The notes under the pieces are model-generated. The model ran no database searches. It saw nothing but the letters and a program-made list of their open reading frames with translations, and was not told the origin of the DNA. A stretch of DNA of 61,642 nt, counting the filler, from Choristocarpus tenellus KU-1152 (Eukaryota > Protista > Phaeophyceae): assembly GCA_964200185.2 (NCBI GenBank). It is 7 parts of 7 records of this genome, joined end to end, with 100 filler letters (N's around TTAATTAATTAA, not from the genome) between each part and the next. Parts side by side here need not be neighbours in the genome. Positions count along the whole stretch, not along the records: positions 16,515 to 26,254 come from CAXNAD020003438.1; positions 26,355 to 50,602 come from CAXNAD020000220.1; 5 more parts are not named here. The stretch is one strand, 5' to 3'. The position numbers and the translations under genes are program-made. This document shows, piece after piece, positions 23,101 to 37,234 of the stretch (position 1 is the stretch's first letter; every line of letters starts with the position of its first letter).

Positions 23101-24490
23101 GAAAGAACAGCAGGAGGGACTCTATTTTGTAGGCTGCAAGATGGTTGGGGTCATTTATACTTGAATAGAAGGCTTTGTGCCAAAACCACACCAATCAAAC
23201 CAATCACACCACATCCCCATGGTTCTTGCCATTCCTGAGCTGCTGTTGTACGGCCACATGTCATGAGCGGACTGGCCACTGGTGGAGGGATTTGTTTCAT
23301 AATACAAGTATTATTGTTTCATATTACAAGTATAGTTTTTTTTTCCGGTGTAAGCAAAACATGGTGCAGACAAGCAGAGGTGCGTGTTTTTAGAAATGTA
23401 GAAGATAAGTGGTATGCATTTGACCCGATTGTTCTGAGAAGAAGCAAGCCTTATATATTTTTTTCCTTTCTGGATTATAAACAATCTGCAGCTGGTGGGC
23501 GTTGTATGTATGGAAGCAGCAAGTTCCCCCCCAAAATTGTGTACACATGTTATTGGCTGAGGAAGTGAAGAGATTATCTCCTTCACAGCTTGAACAATAT
23601 TTGGGGGGTTTTCCCCTGCAGTAATGTTGTAGCAATAATTTTATTCTCAACTCTAGCCCTAGCCCTAATCCTAACACCTATTTTTCTTAATTGAGTGGGA
23701 TGTAGTTGTATATTTGTAGTGAACACTACTCTTTTGGTGATGCCTTTCTTTGTTGTACTGTTTATGCTGTAGATCATTTTTTTACTCTAGTATAATATAG
23801 TTCATTGGCGTGTTCGTATCTATGGGGGTGTACCAGCCATTGCAAACACCAACCACATAATAAAGTTCAGTCTTGAGAGTGTTAGGGAACTGACTCTAAC
23901 CTTAACCCTAGCTCTAGCCCTAACTAAAGCAGTACTTGGAATTTCTCATTATTATTTCCTATCACCGGTGCATCATCATTATTGTTACTAGTATTAGTTA
24001 TTTTATCATTACTCAAAAAATACTGAATCTTCTCATATTGCCATGATATATCGGCTGTTTAATTGTTTTCTGCAGTTCAGCAATGCCTTCCTTGATACTA
24101 ACAACCCTCACTGACCTCTGGAACTGCCTGTACCGTATGTTAATTTTAAAAAGAAAATATATTCATGATTTCTTCTCATTTTACATGTATATTATTTTCT
24201 TCAGTTTTTTGTGTCAACTTTGAACTTTGATTTATTCTGTAGTGGACTTTCGTTGTTGAGTTTGCTTCTATGGCTTTTTTAAATTATCAAGTGCTTTTGA
24301 GCGTTACTCTTTTTTCATCGCTGACATTTTTTTATTTTGTATGCTTGAGTAGGAGGTAGACCACACCTCTTCATTAATAAATTCAGTGTTTCTTGATTTA
24401 TTTATTTTTGCCGAAAAATGGATGTTCCAGGTTGGAGGCCAGTATGGGTACTACTTTCTGCACCCAAGAAAGTATGGGTGGTTTGAAAAG
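20124..24490 (+). CDS. Golgi type II membrane sulfotransferase (galactose-3-O-sulfotransferase-like), 5' exons 20124-20278, 20770-21117, 21653-21956, 24431-24490; 3' part missing
   Basis: All three junctions are phase-compatible; N-terminal signal anchor (VHLVWGIIVSGLSIGMTLMVVF), long stem, then 5'-PSB motif LVFIKTFKTGSSTL. Confidence 0.8.
22670..22705 (+). repeat. Interstitial telomere-like (TTRGGG)n tract in intron
   Basis: ttggggttggggttagggttagggttggggttagg. Confidence 0.75.
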
Positions 24491-25559
24491 GTGAGACTTA
24501 CACCAGTTACAGGTTTGTTGGTGGTTACATCCAGAGACTGTTGGTGTGGTAGAGTGTGTGAGGGAAGGAGGAGAGAAAGGGCCAAAACCTTTTTGGGAGC
24601 TATGATAGAGACGTTATACTACAGGAGTTGTTGCTGCCTTCGAGTGACCCTAACCTTAACTTAATATTTTCTCCAAATAGCTCTAACACTCCCTACATCT
24701 CATCTTCAAAGCTGAACCTCTATTTTATTTCCTGTAAGGAGAATCTCCCCCCCCCGTCCCCCCCACTTGCCACCCACCCAGTCCCTTCCCCTGTTCAAAC
24801 CTCATGCCAGGGTTGTGAATTGTGTAAGGCGTTGGTTGATACCTCACCGGAGTTATTTTCATCACTATATCTTGCCGTGTTTACTCACAGTTATACTCAC
24901 TTTTGTTTACTTGTTGAGGAATTCTCATGGCATTTTTTAAGGTCTACGGTTTGTCCTTCTGGAGCTTTGATGGGTTAGGGTTAGGGTTTGACATGTTTCC
25001 ACGAAGGCAATACTATTTTGACAATGGTATTACTTGAAACATGCAAATACAAGGTATACCTAACCCTAACCCTATTATTATTAATAATAATAATACATCC
25101 CTCTAACCCTTGGCAAGAGTTGAACATTCGCATCGAGCTTGAACCACACCTCATATCAAGAACCTGAATCAAACATCCATATTCTCACTTTATAGCTCTA
25201 CCAACTCGCACACCTTCTGCTCACAAGCCTTCTGCTCACAAGAGCGATAGCCCAACTGTCACTATTGTTATTATTGCTATTATTATTATTGTTATTGTTA
25301 TTGTTGCTATCATATCAATAAAAATTCACAACACACGGGTTAGTTTTAAAATCTAAGGCTTTTTTTTTACACCATTTAGAACACTGGTTGTCTCTACCAA
25401 TCAAATGCTGTACAGGGGTCCAATCCAATGGCAGGAATTTAGCACTGAGTGTCTTTTCAGTTTAAAATTTGCACAAGGTTGTTGGAAGAACCCCTATTCC
25501 TGAGTTAAGGTGTATTATAACTGGGTCTGGTATTACTTATCCTTTGAAAACAAGTGACT

Positions 25560-26254
25560 GCTAGCAAAGTGATTGTGATTTGTGATGTGGATAGTGATAT
25601 ACTCCTTTAATATTTAACACAATTATTGATGCGATTGGTGACATGTTAATCATTTTGATTAGTGGTTTGAGTAGTGATGTGTTCAGTCATGTGGTTATTT
25701 GATATGATTCAATGATTTGATTGTTCGTGTGATTAGTGATCATTATTTAGTGATGCTATCATTCGTGTGATTAGTGATCATGATTTAATTTTGTTATCAG
25801 TCATGCAATTAGTGATCATGATTTAGTGATGTTATCGGTCATGTGATTAGTGATCATATTTTAGTGATGTTATCAGTCATGCGATTAGTGACCATGATTT
25901 AATTTTGTTATCAGTCATGTTATTAGTGATCATTATTTAGTGATGTTATCAGTCATGTTATTAGTGATCATGATTTAATTTTGTTATCAGTCTTGTTATT
26001 AGTGATCATGATTTAATTATTTTACCAGTCATGTTATTAGTGACCATGATTTAATGATCTTATCAGTCATGTTATTAGTGACCATGATTTAATGATCTTA
26101 TCAGTCATGTTATTAGTGACCATGATTTAAATATGTTATCAGCCATGTTATTAGTGACCATGATTTAATGATCTTATCAGTCATGTTATTAGTGACCATG
26201 ATTTAAATATGTTATCAGCCATGTTATTAGTGACCATGATTTAAATATGTTATC
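25560..26254. repeat. 38-bp minisatellite running into contig end
   Basis: Unit TTAGTGACCATGATTTAATGATCTTATCAGTCATGTTA (starts at 26037 and 26075), about 14 recognisable copies, degenerating leftwards. Confidence 0.92.
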
Positions 26255-26354
26255 NNNNNNNNNNNNNNNNNNNNNNNNNNNNNNNNNNNNNNNNNNNNTT
26301 AATTAATTAANNNNNNNNNNNNNNNNNNNNNNNNNNNNNNNNNNNNNNNNNNNN
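26255..26354. other. Artificial contig linker
   Basis: N-TTAATTAATTAA-N, 100 nt. Confidence 0.97.
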
Positions 26355-26696
26355 CGAACAGCCTGATACAGTTGTGCTCTTGTTTCACTCACGGCTAACA
26401 ACATCATTTTAAAATGGAGAACGGCTTCAGTTGGAAAAGAGATAATCTGTGCATGCTTGGGTGCTGATGTTATGGTCATCCCTGACCAAAAACCAAACAT
26501 GTCTGAGAAAAAAAAGTCCATAAAATTTCAAAACTACAATTGTTCTAGACATGTGCATGCCAAGAAACTCATGTTGCACTACAACACCAGAACTGTTACT
26601 ACCTACTCGAAATACCATCTGTAGGAAAACTCCCCTCAGAGTCAGGTGCATAATGCTATATGATACACAGGAAGGTTTTCCCATTCCAAGGTGCAC

Positions 26697-29600
26697 CTGG
26701 AGCTTTCGTGGAGAGTGGCGTTCATCTGGGAAGATGAGCAAGTCGTATGGTTTGCGAGCAGCAATTAGAGAGTTGATGAGGCGGGCAGTGTGACGGAAGT
26801 GGACATTTTCATCTATCAACCCGTGCACCAGCATCAGCTTCCCCTGTAGCTTGTTTGCATGAGTGAGGACACTGGATTCCCTGATGGAGAGTGTAGGTGG
26901 AGTAGGAGGGATGGGGACAAGATCAATTGATACACACTAATGTAAAACTGAGAAAAGAGGGGCAGGAGTGGTCGGTCAATCCACTGGTCTCTACCATCAG
27001 AAGTACACAAGACCTAACTTTAGGACAGGATTGTTAATGTGCAATGATGGTTGAAAGGCATCGTTTAATGTGAATAGAGACTTCTCAATAACGCATAAAA
27101 CTTCAAGGTCAGAAATGCTATAATCCAAGAGTATTCATCACACATCAAACTCTAAAGTGATGAATTTAACATACATGCCATTAAGTGAAGTAAGCACAAT
27201 ACAAGACATGTGTACGGCCCCAAACTGCAGGCATTATTTTCTCATTCAGGTACCCCCAGACTCGCTGGCAATTAGCACAAGATGAGACTCTGTATGGATT
27301 ACAAAGCCACCAACCATGACTTGATCAAATAAACTAAGATAATCATCACAACTACTTGGGAGGAATGAGTGGGTTGGTACTAAGCAAATTTGATACACAA
27401 ACAAAACTACTTACACCCAAGAAGAGTCTTAACATACTGCAGGCAGCCTAAAGCTTCAAATAGCTTATTTTTCCAAGGGCCTTGCACCGTAGTTGAACAA
27501 ATCATTTCAATTGTTGAAGTTGACAACATATAAAAACAATTGCTACCATACTGTGGTTCCACATGGAACACCTACAAAACAGGAACCGTAAGTCATCCAC
27601 AAATATGGAAATTTGCTGTGATACTCACTATCTTAATTAGCCCTTGGGGTACAAACACATCCATACTATGCACTCGAGATTACCCAAAGACCACAACAGG
27701 GACATAGGTCAAGCCGTTCTAAACAGCTTGACCTATGTCCTATTGACATGAACACAACCCACCTGTATCCTTCTGCATTTTCTTGTGGTGTACCCATGTA
27801 TCTCTCTGTATAATGAGTGTCATAGCCATCCCATGCTGAAACAGGTGCTCCACTTACCCCCACCCTGAATGTGTTTGGAGCTTTACAAAGGCACATAACA
27901 GTTGCATATCCCCCATAGCTCCAACCATACACCCCTACCCTTGCTGGATCTGCCAATCCCTGTGAACAGAGAAACAGGACCAAACAAGCAGATTGAGGGT
28001 ATACATATGGTTAAGGCCAACAAAACATAGGCAACCTAATTTGTTGTATACCAGATTGTGGTCAGCATCAAGGGGACCATGTAAGACTGAATGTGAGCAA
28101 AAGTTACTGCTGGTTAACGCAGGTCAAGCTCTCTTGTGTTTGGATATGCTGACAAGGGCTGCAATATATTGGAGTGGCTACTTCCACAGCACAAAAACAC
28201 TTATTGGAAGCTGGCTAGGTACTAGGTACACTATTCACCACCCTTCCTGGCTAAGGCAGGTCATGGCACTCATCCAGAACCCACCTGCTTGACAGCCCAA
28301 TGCACACAGTCCTCCTGATCGCTGATCTCCACCCCACCCATGGAATGCTTTAGCCATCCCTCAAATGCAAGACCCCTGGGCGTGGTGTGGGCAGGGGGTA
28401 ACAAGAGCAAGGAAACAGAAACACAAGCAAACGAAAGACATGACAGTAAGTACAAACAATCAGGTTAGACACAAACAAGAGCACACAGAATTGCCGGAGG
28501 GTGAAAGGAGGAGAAAAAAATATATTGCGCACAGTACATGCACAGAACACAAATCAATTCACACTATTAAAGAGGCAATGATGGTATTGGCTCAGTCATG
28601 TACTGTCAAGAAGTTTACACTACCAACATAGCACCACCTCCACCCTCCTTTCCCTCCTCTGCTCTCACCTCCTGAAGGTGCCCCGGTTATCACATTTCAG
28701 CACCAAGAAACCCAAGTCCCTCAGCCTCTGGGCCCGCATGTCAACCGTCGTTGCCCAGCTTCGGCTAACCCTGATAACCAGTAATCAATAACCAGTAACC
28801 AGAGCATATCAATGGTAACATCAAAGAGCAGAAAGGATTGCGTGGGTGCATGTGGATCATGGTACGTACCTCTTAAGTCATGAGGAGAGAGGAAAGGTTT
28901 GAAGCCTTAATAAAAGTAACCAAATAAATGCAGTCACCATATTTAACCATACTTTCACAGAACCTCAAACAAAGCTACACTTGACCAAATACTACTCAGG
29001 CCTTCTTATCAGAGCAACTGGTGAAACTCAACTCACCACTGCACATGAGGCCCTCCATACACAGCGACAATGGTGGGGTATGGACCTGGTCCATGGACCA
29101 TGACATCTGGACGGTACAGAGCACTGAAGAGTTCTGCTGCACCATCTCGGGTGCTAAAGGTAATAATTTCTGGGGACTGAAGCTTGGATCGCAAAGTGAG
29201 TACACGTTCATCCATGGCAAAGTGTAGCTCCTGCGCTCCAGGTCAAACAAAGTGTACATGTTGAAGGGGAAGAATGTGAAAAGGAGGTCCAAGGGGAGAT
29301 AATTAGTTGGCAACACGTCAACTTCATCTAGGCAAGACAGAGTGAATGCCGCAGCACAAGTGAAACACCATCAAGGTAGTAAGATGAAAAGATGGCACCT
29401 GCAGTGGTACAGGTGGGTCATAGGGGTTGTCTGCAAGGCTGTACAGGACCATCTTGGAAGGTTGGTCCAGCGTGCTGTACACATCCACAAACCTGAAAGA
29501 GAGGAGAAATTTCAAGAACATCAAGAACCAGGATATCAAAGCAACCAATGAAGTGGTCACAGCCCCTTACAAAATAATTGGCAAGAAACATGGGTTCACT

Positions 29601-32600
29601 ACACTGGATCTGCTGTAGTGACATGCCAGTCAACAAGTCAACATGCATCAAATACCTCTGTGACCCTGTGTTGGTAGTTCATTACAAGAACATTGAAAAC
29701 ACAGTTCACAACGTCAGGCATAATCAAGTACAATTGGTTGTTCTAGAGTGGGAGGGAGTCTCTGGTATTCAGTGAGCTCGCTGGGGAGGGGAGAGTATAG
29801 TACAGTATATGGTAGGTTGACGAATGCAGCTTCTGGGGTGGCAAATGGACAAGTGGCAAGTGGAAGAAGCACGAGGTAGCTGAATAGTAACACACCATTG
29901 CAAGTCTGTCTTGAACCAATACAAATATCCAGCAACAAAGAAGGCTGTGCTTGTAATCATCAATCAAGAAATCTAGTTCAAACGTTATATATCACAAGTA
30001 GATACTCCAGAGATCGATCTTGGTGTATGACAGGATGGAAAAATACAACTTAACCCTCCACTTGTTGTGTAAATGGTACAAGCTCAAAGGACTACCAACA
30101 TCCCCTGCCACTGCACAGTCCACTGCTGGTCCTGTGTTAATGCTGCTTGATCTCTGAAGGGTAAGAGAATCAACAAATAATGAAGTATTGGCCCTCAACA
30201 CAACAAACAGGTGTGTATATACAACCAAGGTAAGACTATTCTGACAATTGATGACTTTTCATTCCTGAGATTAAAAAAAATACTCAATGCACACTTCTCC
30301 ACCTCCACACCAGAGGCTGCGACTCCTAACACACGCCAATACCTTCGCAGGCGATGGTCCATGATGACATTGTGCATACCAGCCACTTGGGTGAGACGTG
30401 TTGGTGTTGTCCCCCTAGGTGAGTCCAACAGTGCTACTGCGTATAGATGACGTTCACATGGACTGTCATACGTACCCATCACATAGACAACATCATTGGC
30501 CTCATGACAACAGAGTCAGAAAAAAAAACAGAGGGGGTCCAAACCATCCCCAGTGGCACATGTTTTTTGTAGAGAGGGAACAATTGTACCATGGTGAGGG
30601 TTGTAGACTATTCTTCGTGACATGTATTGTCCATGATGGAGAGAGAGGAACAACAGGGGACATATAACAAGTACATCAAGAGCATGGTGCTACCTAAATC
30701 TCTGTACCAATGCTATCATGAGACCTTTGCTTGTAATACATAATAAGAGGACTACACAGAGGCAAAACACGTGTTTCTTATTCTTACCATGGAGTAAAAT
30801 GTACGTTATGGCTATTAACAATTATAATCCCACTACTACTACTACTACTACTAATAATAATAATAATAATAATGTGTTCGTGCTCAGACCGGTGCCCATT
30901 AATAATGCCAAATTAGATTCGGTGAGGTTTGTGTAACAGAATAATGTGGTCATATTTTGAAGGGACTCAAAATAACGTCTCCCCAAGGAGATCAAGCAGC
31001 TTGCCCTCCATGAAAAATGCAACTCACATTTCGAACTTTTGCCATCACAAATTTAGGCCTTCACCACCCAAAATAACTTCATGTCATGTAATTGGTCTCA
31101 TTATAGGGATCACAATTATTAGTAGGCAACCAGACAAAAGACACCCACTGAGTGTCAACATGTAGACAGTTTCACATTTCTTCCATTCTAATGAAGCTGC
31201 TACTACTGACAAAACTCTTTATTCTTACTGCACTAGTGTACCTACTCCAAAGAGGTCAAAGTACCTCATGCATCACTACACCCGAGCACATGATTGACAC
31301 CCAACAAAAGTCACATCCAATGATAGCAACCACCCAGGAACAATGCACATCATCATTGCCCCAATGAGTACAGCGCACAACAAAGTCGTTCAAGACCTTC
31401 AAAGGTGGATAATGTTATCACATTTGAACCAAACATAGACATCATCATCACTCAACTCCTTACACCCACTTCTCTCTGCCCTTCTCTTTGTGCAACCAGC
31501 TCACTCTCACTCCAAGGCTATCTAAAGACCTGTCAAAGGCTCTCACCTGATCAACCCCAACCAAGGACTCCACAACCCATTCCCCTGATGTTATTTGCCT
31601 GGTTTCCACAGCATGGTCTGCTCCTGATACATACAGGTAAAGGTAAAGGTGCATGAAGCCAGTCCTCTCAGAGGCCCACAAGAATGAGAAAGATCCATTG
31701 GGCAGGGTAACTTCCATACCCCCCAAAGTTTCCGTAGAGAGGTGCCTGTCATTCCGCTGCTTCAATGTAGTCACATAGGTTAAAACACAACAATGAACAC
31801 AGTGAACACCATGAGAGAGAGAGGGGACACACACGTTGGTACAGATCGTTCATAACCTGAACCTGTTAAGTGCATACCCACTGATACACTTGGTACAATT
31901 TTTCCTTTATGAAGAAAAGCCCTATATATCAGGCAGGTTTTCCAATGTCAAGAGGACAACAGCGTGACAGTAACAAGCTGCATCACACTATCATCACACT
32001 ACCACACCAATTAGGAACACTTCAAGTGGTATTGTAAGTCAACCACCATAATACAAAATACACAAAACTAGCACTACTAATACTTGATGAAACCTGTGTG
32101 CTTGCAAGTGACTAGATGGAGAGTTGAAGGTCCTCGGCTACAAGAACAAACTTGGAAAATAGAGTAGAAAAAATACAGTGTTAATTTCATGTCAGATTTT
32201 TTCACAAGGATTGTTTCACAAGTAACACCTTTGTATTCCTACCATGGGCATAGGTGTGGGTAAAGAGCGAAGTAAGTGGTGAAGGTTGATCCACATTGCA
32301 GACTGCTCCACCAGAAGGGTGGTGCGTTGGCCTGTCAATGGATCAAGTCTCAGCACCTGCAACTCTGTCTGTGGGCGATTTTGTACCTGGAGAGCAACAA
32401 AAGAAAGGAGTACATTTTTTGTCAAATGGCATGGTAATGGTGCAAGAGGGTAAGCACAAGCAAGGGTGGGTGGGTTGGTTCGCTAGTGTGACTTGGTTGT
32501 GCTTTAGTGCTATACTTGTGTGTTCACTCTGTACAAAGGAATGGTACATACACCTTATTACATATACCGCATTGATGTTCTGACATGTGCCTTGTTCCAT

Positions 32601-35600
32601 CTCATTAATATTAATGGATTACTCCTGTTTAAAATGACCTTTAGCAATAGTGATATCAACTCTTACTTCAAATCACAACAGGTAGAAGCAGCATTAACTG
32701 AGAGACATAGGTTACTATTCTATATTGACCCATTGAAACCACACTTCCTAGATGAAAAAACTTTGAGAAGTCTGTGATTGATCCAAATCTCCTCAAAGAG
32801 CATCTCCACAAATTGATATGAACAATAGACATTCAATAGACATTCAAAAGTCACTTACTAGTTCAACAAGAAAAACATTTCACAAAACAATTTACACTCC
32901 TTCCTCAAAGCATAAGATAATTAACATAAGCTAATTTACAACACAACACTGGCGTACCTAACACCATAGCCTGATGACACAAGTCCATGGGAGCTGCATA
33001 TAAACTGCATTATACTGCATATAAACTCCATTATACCTGTCTTAACTCAGAGTTCTTCTAATCACACCCAGGGGATATATACATGCTCTACCATTAACAT
33101 CTTTGTGTCAATAATTAATGGCTATTACAATACCATACCAACAAGACCAGGAACATCGATTCAGTGAAGCGCCTTCTGTACACCTCCTGTAAGTTCTTGT
33201 CTTTGCCCAATACAGTGTCAGTATCAGTATCAATATCAATATCAGTATCAATAGTCCTCTGCACTACACCCATGATATATCTTGTATCCTGTATCCTATA
33301 TCTTTTCATATTTTATCTTTTTTTTTAATATTCAACTCTCACCTGCGCACACAAAGACCCATCCTGTAGCCAGCTAACCCTCGCCAAGTACATCTCATTT
33401 CCCTGAGATGCCTCTACACTCCCTGGTTCCGACTTGTTTCCAACAGACAGCCCACCCCCTGCATCACCATCCACGCCTGTGCCTTCCCCAAGCCCTACCC
33501 CATCACGATTGTTAGTCAAACCCCCCTCAATGTCCATCCACACAGGGTTGAATGTCGAGTCTGATGGCCTTGCAGTCCCATTCAAGATACCTTGCCCATC
33601 CACTTCAATCACTGCTAGGCGTACCTATCAATAGGATTGTACACACACACACACATATATATATACATACACATGTGAGGTGCAAGGATACCAAGGGTTT
33701 TTTTCCAAACATACAGTCTCAGTTCAATAAATAGAGCCAGTACCACATGTTTGTCAGAAAACAGACATCAACCACCGTTGTTGCCAGACGTCCAGGTACA
33801 TATTATACCTTTAGGGAAAATCGATCTAAACCCCTTTTGTGGAATGACTGTGACATGATGATGAACTACATCAGTTTCACCAGACATGTTGTTTGAAGCA
33901 CTTGTTTCCATAAACGTATGTCCATCAAGATCCCTCACCCTGGGGTTGTCCATTCCTGCGAAGGGGTAATGGTGATCTTCCTGTGCCCCCTCACCCACTG
34001 TGTCCTTCCCCAAGTGCATGATCCTGAAGCCAGGTATATGCCTCTCATCCACCTGCAATATCGATATTACACATCTTACCTCTTTATCCTGCATTTCAGC
34101 AAAAGATCAATTCACTGCCAGAGAAACAACTGCATTCGTTCAACATGTACTACTAGAAAAGACTGCTAGAAAAGACTACAACACAGGTACACACCATAGC
34201 CACTGCGGTGGTAGTAATAGACAGACTGTTGTTACCCATGGGGTGCAGTATCAACCAGCAAGCAATACACCTATATTACTCTTCACAACATGTTCCATGC
34301 ACTCCACAAACACCTGTCTTATTTTAACACTCTAGGTCAAATCACTCCACAGAGAACACTTCACTACATTTCACCTCTGTGAATGCAATGGACTTGCTGT
34401 CAAGTGACCACCAGAATCCTCGATAGCGTTCCATCTCTTCCTGAGCAACAAAGTCCGCCAGTCCATGTGTGACTTTATCACTTCCCACACCAAATGTTAA
34501 CTGGATAGGGGCAGGAGGGGGTGTACCTGCTCTAGACCGATTTCCCACTAATGGTCAGGAGGAAGAGGTGTGGAGCAAAACAGTATTTTAGGTTCTTGGC
34601 AGGGATTGCAATATCTATGTCCCTGTCTGGCCTTGCCTGTTGTCTGACACAATCATACTATACTATACTATACAGTACATAGGATGTTTTTGTGTTATCT
34701 GATGTCTACTCAAATAAAAAAATAATGTTCTTTGGTATAAATTTTATTTTTAATCTTTTTTTCAAATGGGGGATAAAAATAGCTGCAACAAAGAAACAAA
34801 GAACCTTACACTACACCACCATCCCTTAAGAATTCTGGAATACATAGCCAGTATCACCACCGTAGTGGCAATGCTTTACATTATCCCTAACCTACATCCT
34901 AAAAGACACATACTAAAAGACATACTGCGGCAGCAGCAATTACATTATTATTTTTACTATCTTTAACCCACTTCTTCCACATGAATCGTAACTGAACCTT
35001 ACTACACTTAAACCTTTCACGTCCCAACAGCCTCAACTGACAATCAATCATCCAACAACCACTCACACATGATAGCTATGATAACTATGATAACTATGGT
35101 AACTATCCTGATAACGATTAACAAGGTCGATTCAAATTACACGCTGTGTTGACAGAAAGTTCCTCGTATAATTCTCGCTTGACTAAATACCTCACTAAAT
35201 AACTCACTCAAGTCTCATAGCCCTCTCTCTCTCTGGCACTGCAACAATTGCCCTTGCTGTTGACATTAGATGCTTGCTGATGACATCTTCACACCTACCA
35301 AGCTTCAAAAAATTGAAACACCATTCTGTCTCTTACATCACCTGGTGTAACATAAATTTCTAGATCCTTGACAAAAGCCACCAGCTTTCCATCTGGTGAC
35401 AACTGTGGGTCAAGCGCACCGGCTCCATTGTTCTCTGGGTCAGACTTATTGTATACCATTCGTAAGGAGGTGGTGTCAATCCCATCCTGGATGTAGATAT
35501 TGCCCTGCAGGGAGGGAAGTTGAGAGAGGGCGGAAAAGGCAGCATTGGTCTGATTTCAACATCTACAACATAGCAACAGGACATAGCTCATGTGTAAGAC

Positions 35601-37234
35601 CAAGCAAGCAGATGCCCTTCTTAGGCATAACAAGAAATGGTACACAATTCGAATCAATAAGCAGGGCAGGAGGCAGGCATTGATCTTCTTAAGTTTTAGC
35701 TCCCCAGGTCTCAAAAGCCTAAAGACAGACTCAAACGACCTTCCACGTAGACCCCACACACTCATAGGAAATGCACCAAGTACCTGGAGTGGGACCATGA
35801 GAATAACGCTACTGCTTCCCCTGGAAGACCAGAAATAGGAAGTCACCCCAACAACGTGAAGGCGCTGTCGCTCTCTCCGCAGCTTCTCTTCCAAGCTTAG
35901 ATTTTCCTCTGTGTCACCATCATTAGGGGAAATCACCAACTGACGCTTGACTAGAGTGTTAACATCCACACCCCAGAGCTAAGCATCCATATAGTAGGGG
36001 TAGGGAGTGCCAAGCAAAAAGTGGAGGCGAGTCAGGATAGAGTGGGATCAACGAAGGATGAGTTTCTGTGTTGCCATTCATGGTTACAAATTTCCTTCTG
36101 GTGTACAAAGTTGAGGTCAAGTTGATATCCTGGTACTATGTCATTCTTACTGAAAATTCCATTCACATTTCAAAGGACAATGTATCAACCTGAATTTGAG
36201 TGTAGCCATTGCCGAACAATCCAATAAATAAAAAAATGTCCAAATCAAATGGTGGACCTCCAAGCTAAACCTTGTTCAGTACAGTAGGAGTAGGTTGCAA
36301 ATTAGGTTACAAGTGAAGATGTGGCAATTCTCTCTCTCTATATATATATATTAGTACATTAGTACTCTAGACGAAATTAAAATGTACAACCAATATACCT
36401 AGGCACCTTCAGCTGAACACAGCAAACCCCATAAGATTCAATCTTGATGCTTAGAAGTGTCAACAGTCAGATAATAAAGGCAATAGGCGATAAAATAACT
36501 CCTTCCATCACATAAAATAAAATAATCAAGGCGGAGACTGGTTGAGTGAAAAGGCAACAATAGATTGAGGAGTAATAGTGGATTTCAAACCAAAGACTAA
36601 AACTAGAACAAATCTGCATGTCCGTATATTTCATCAGCGCAGGGTACTACATAAATTTTAAAAAGAGGAGCTACAAACAAAAAGAAAGAGTCGGAGGTGT
36701 TTTCTCTTGGTATAATGGAATCTCCCTATGTATCCAGCAACCTCACTAGAGAGCGTAACTAGATATGGCACGCTGGCAAACCTCACATTAGTGTACTGTA
36801 GTAACATAGCATACACCACTCCTTGACAGAAACCAATACAAAGCCAAGTCCATGGGCAGTCTGAAGTCTTTAACCAAACCAAAACTGAATTGTACACAGA
36901 AAAAAAACAAAACTTCTGAACGGCCTGCTCCAACTACGCTAAACCTGAGCAGAAAACTCAACAACCAGGGAATACACCACCCACAACAGTAGACGGATAG
37001 GTCGAGGGCAGTCAAGTGGGGTGTGAATTTGCACCTTACCAAAGATGCCCTAAGTGGAAAGAGTTTGATTGATCTGATTGATCTGATTGATCTCTTGTTT
37101 GTACCTGTCGGGTCATTTGTGCCCCCTCTGCATGTAGATATGACAGAATGTTGTCCCCTGGGGCAAAGGAAAGTGAAATGGGTGATGCCATCCCAGGCAA
37201 CGGGTATCTTGCAACATCCTCTGGGTTCATTGCC
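26697..37234 (-). CDS. Dipeptidyl peptidase IV/8/9-family serine peptidase (S9B), about 15 exons; last exon missing, further 5' exons possibly at 38.5-39.8 kb
   Basis: Phase-compatible exons with [66 protein letters not shown] (Ser), DENVHF (Asp), ERHS (His). Confidence 0.95.
30832..30872. repeat. Compound microsatellite (CTA)n(TAA)n
   Basis: Direct inspection. Confidence 0.85.

Noticed and set aside
25560-26254. CRISPR-like periodic array
   Set aside because: Contiguous tandem units without unique spacers; eukaryotic context; no cas genes
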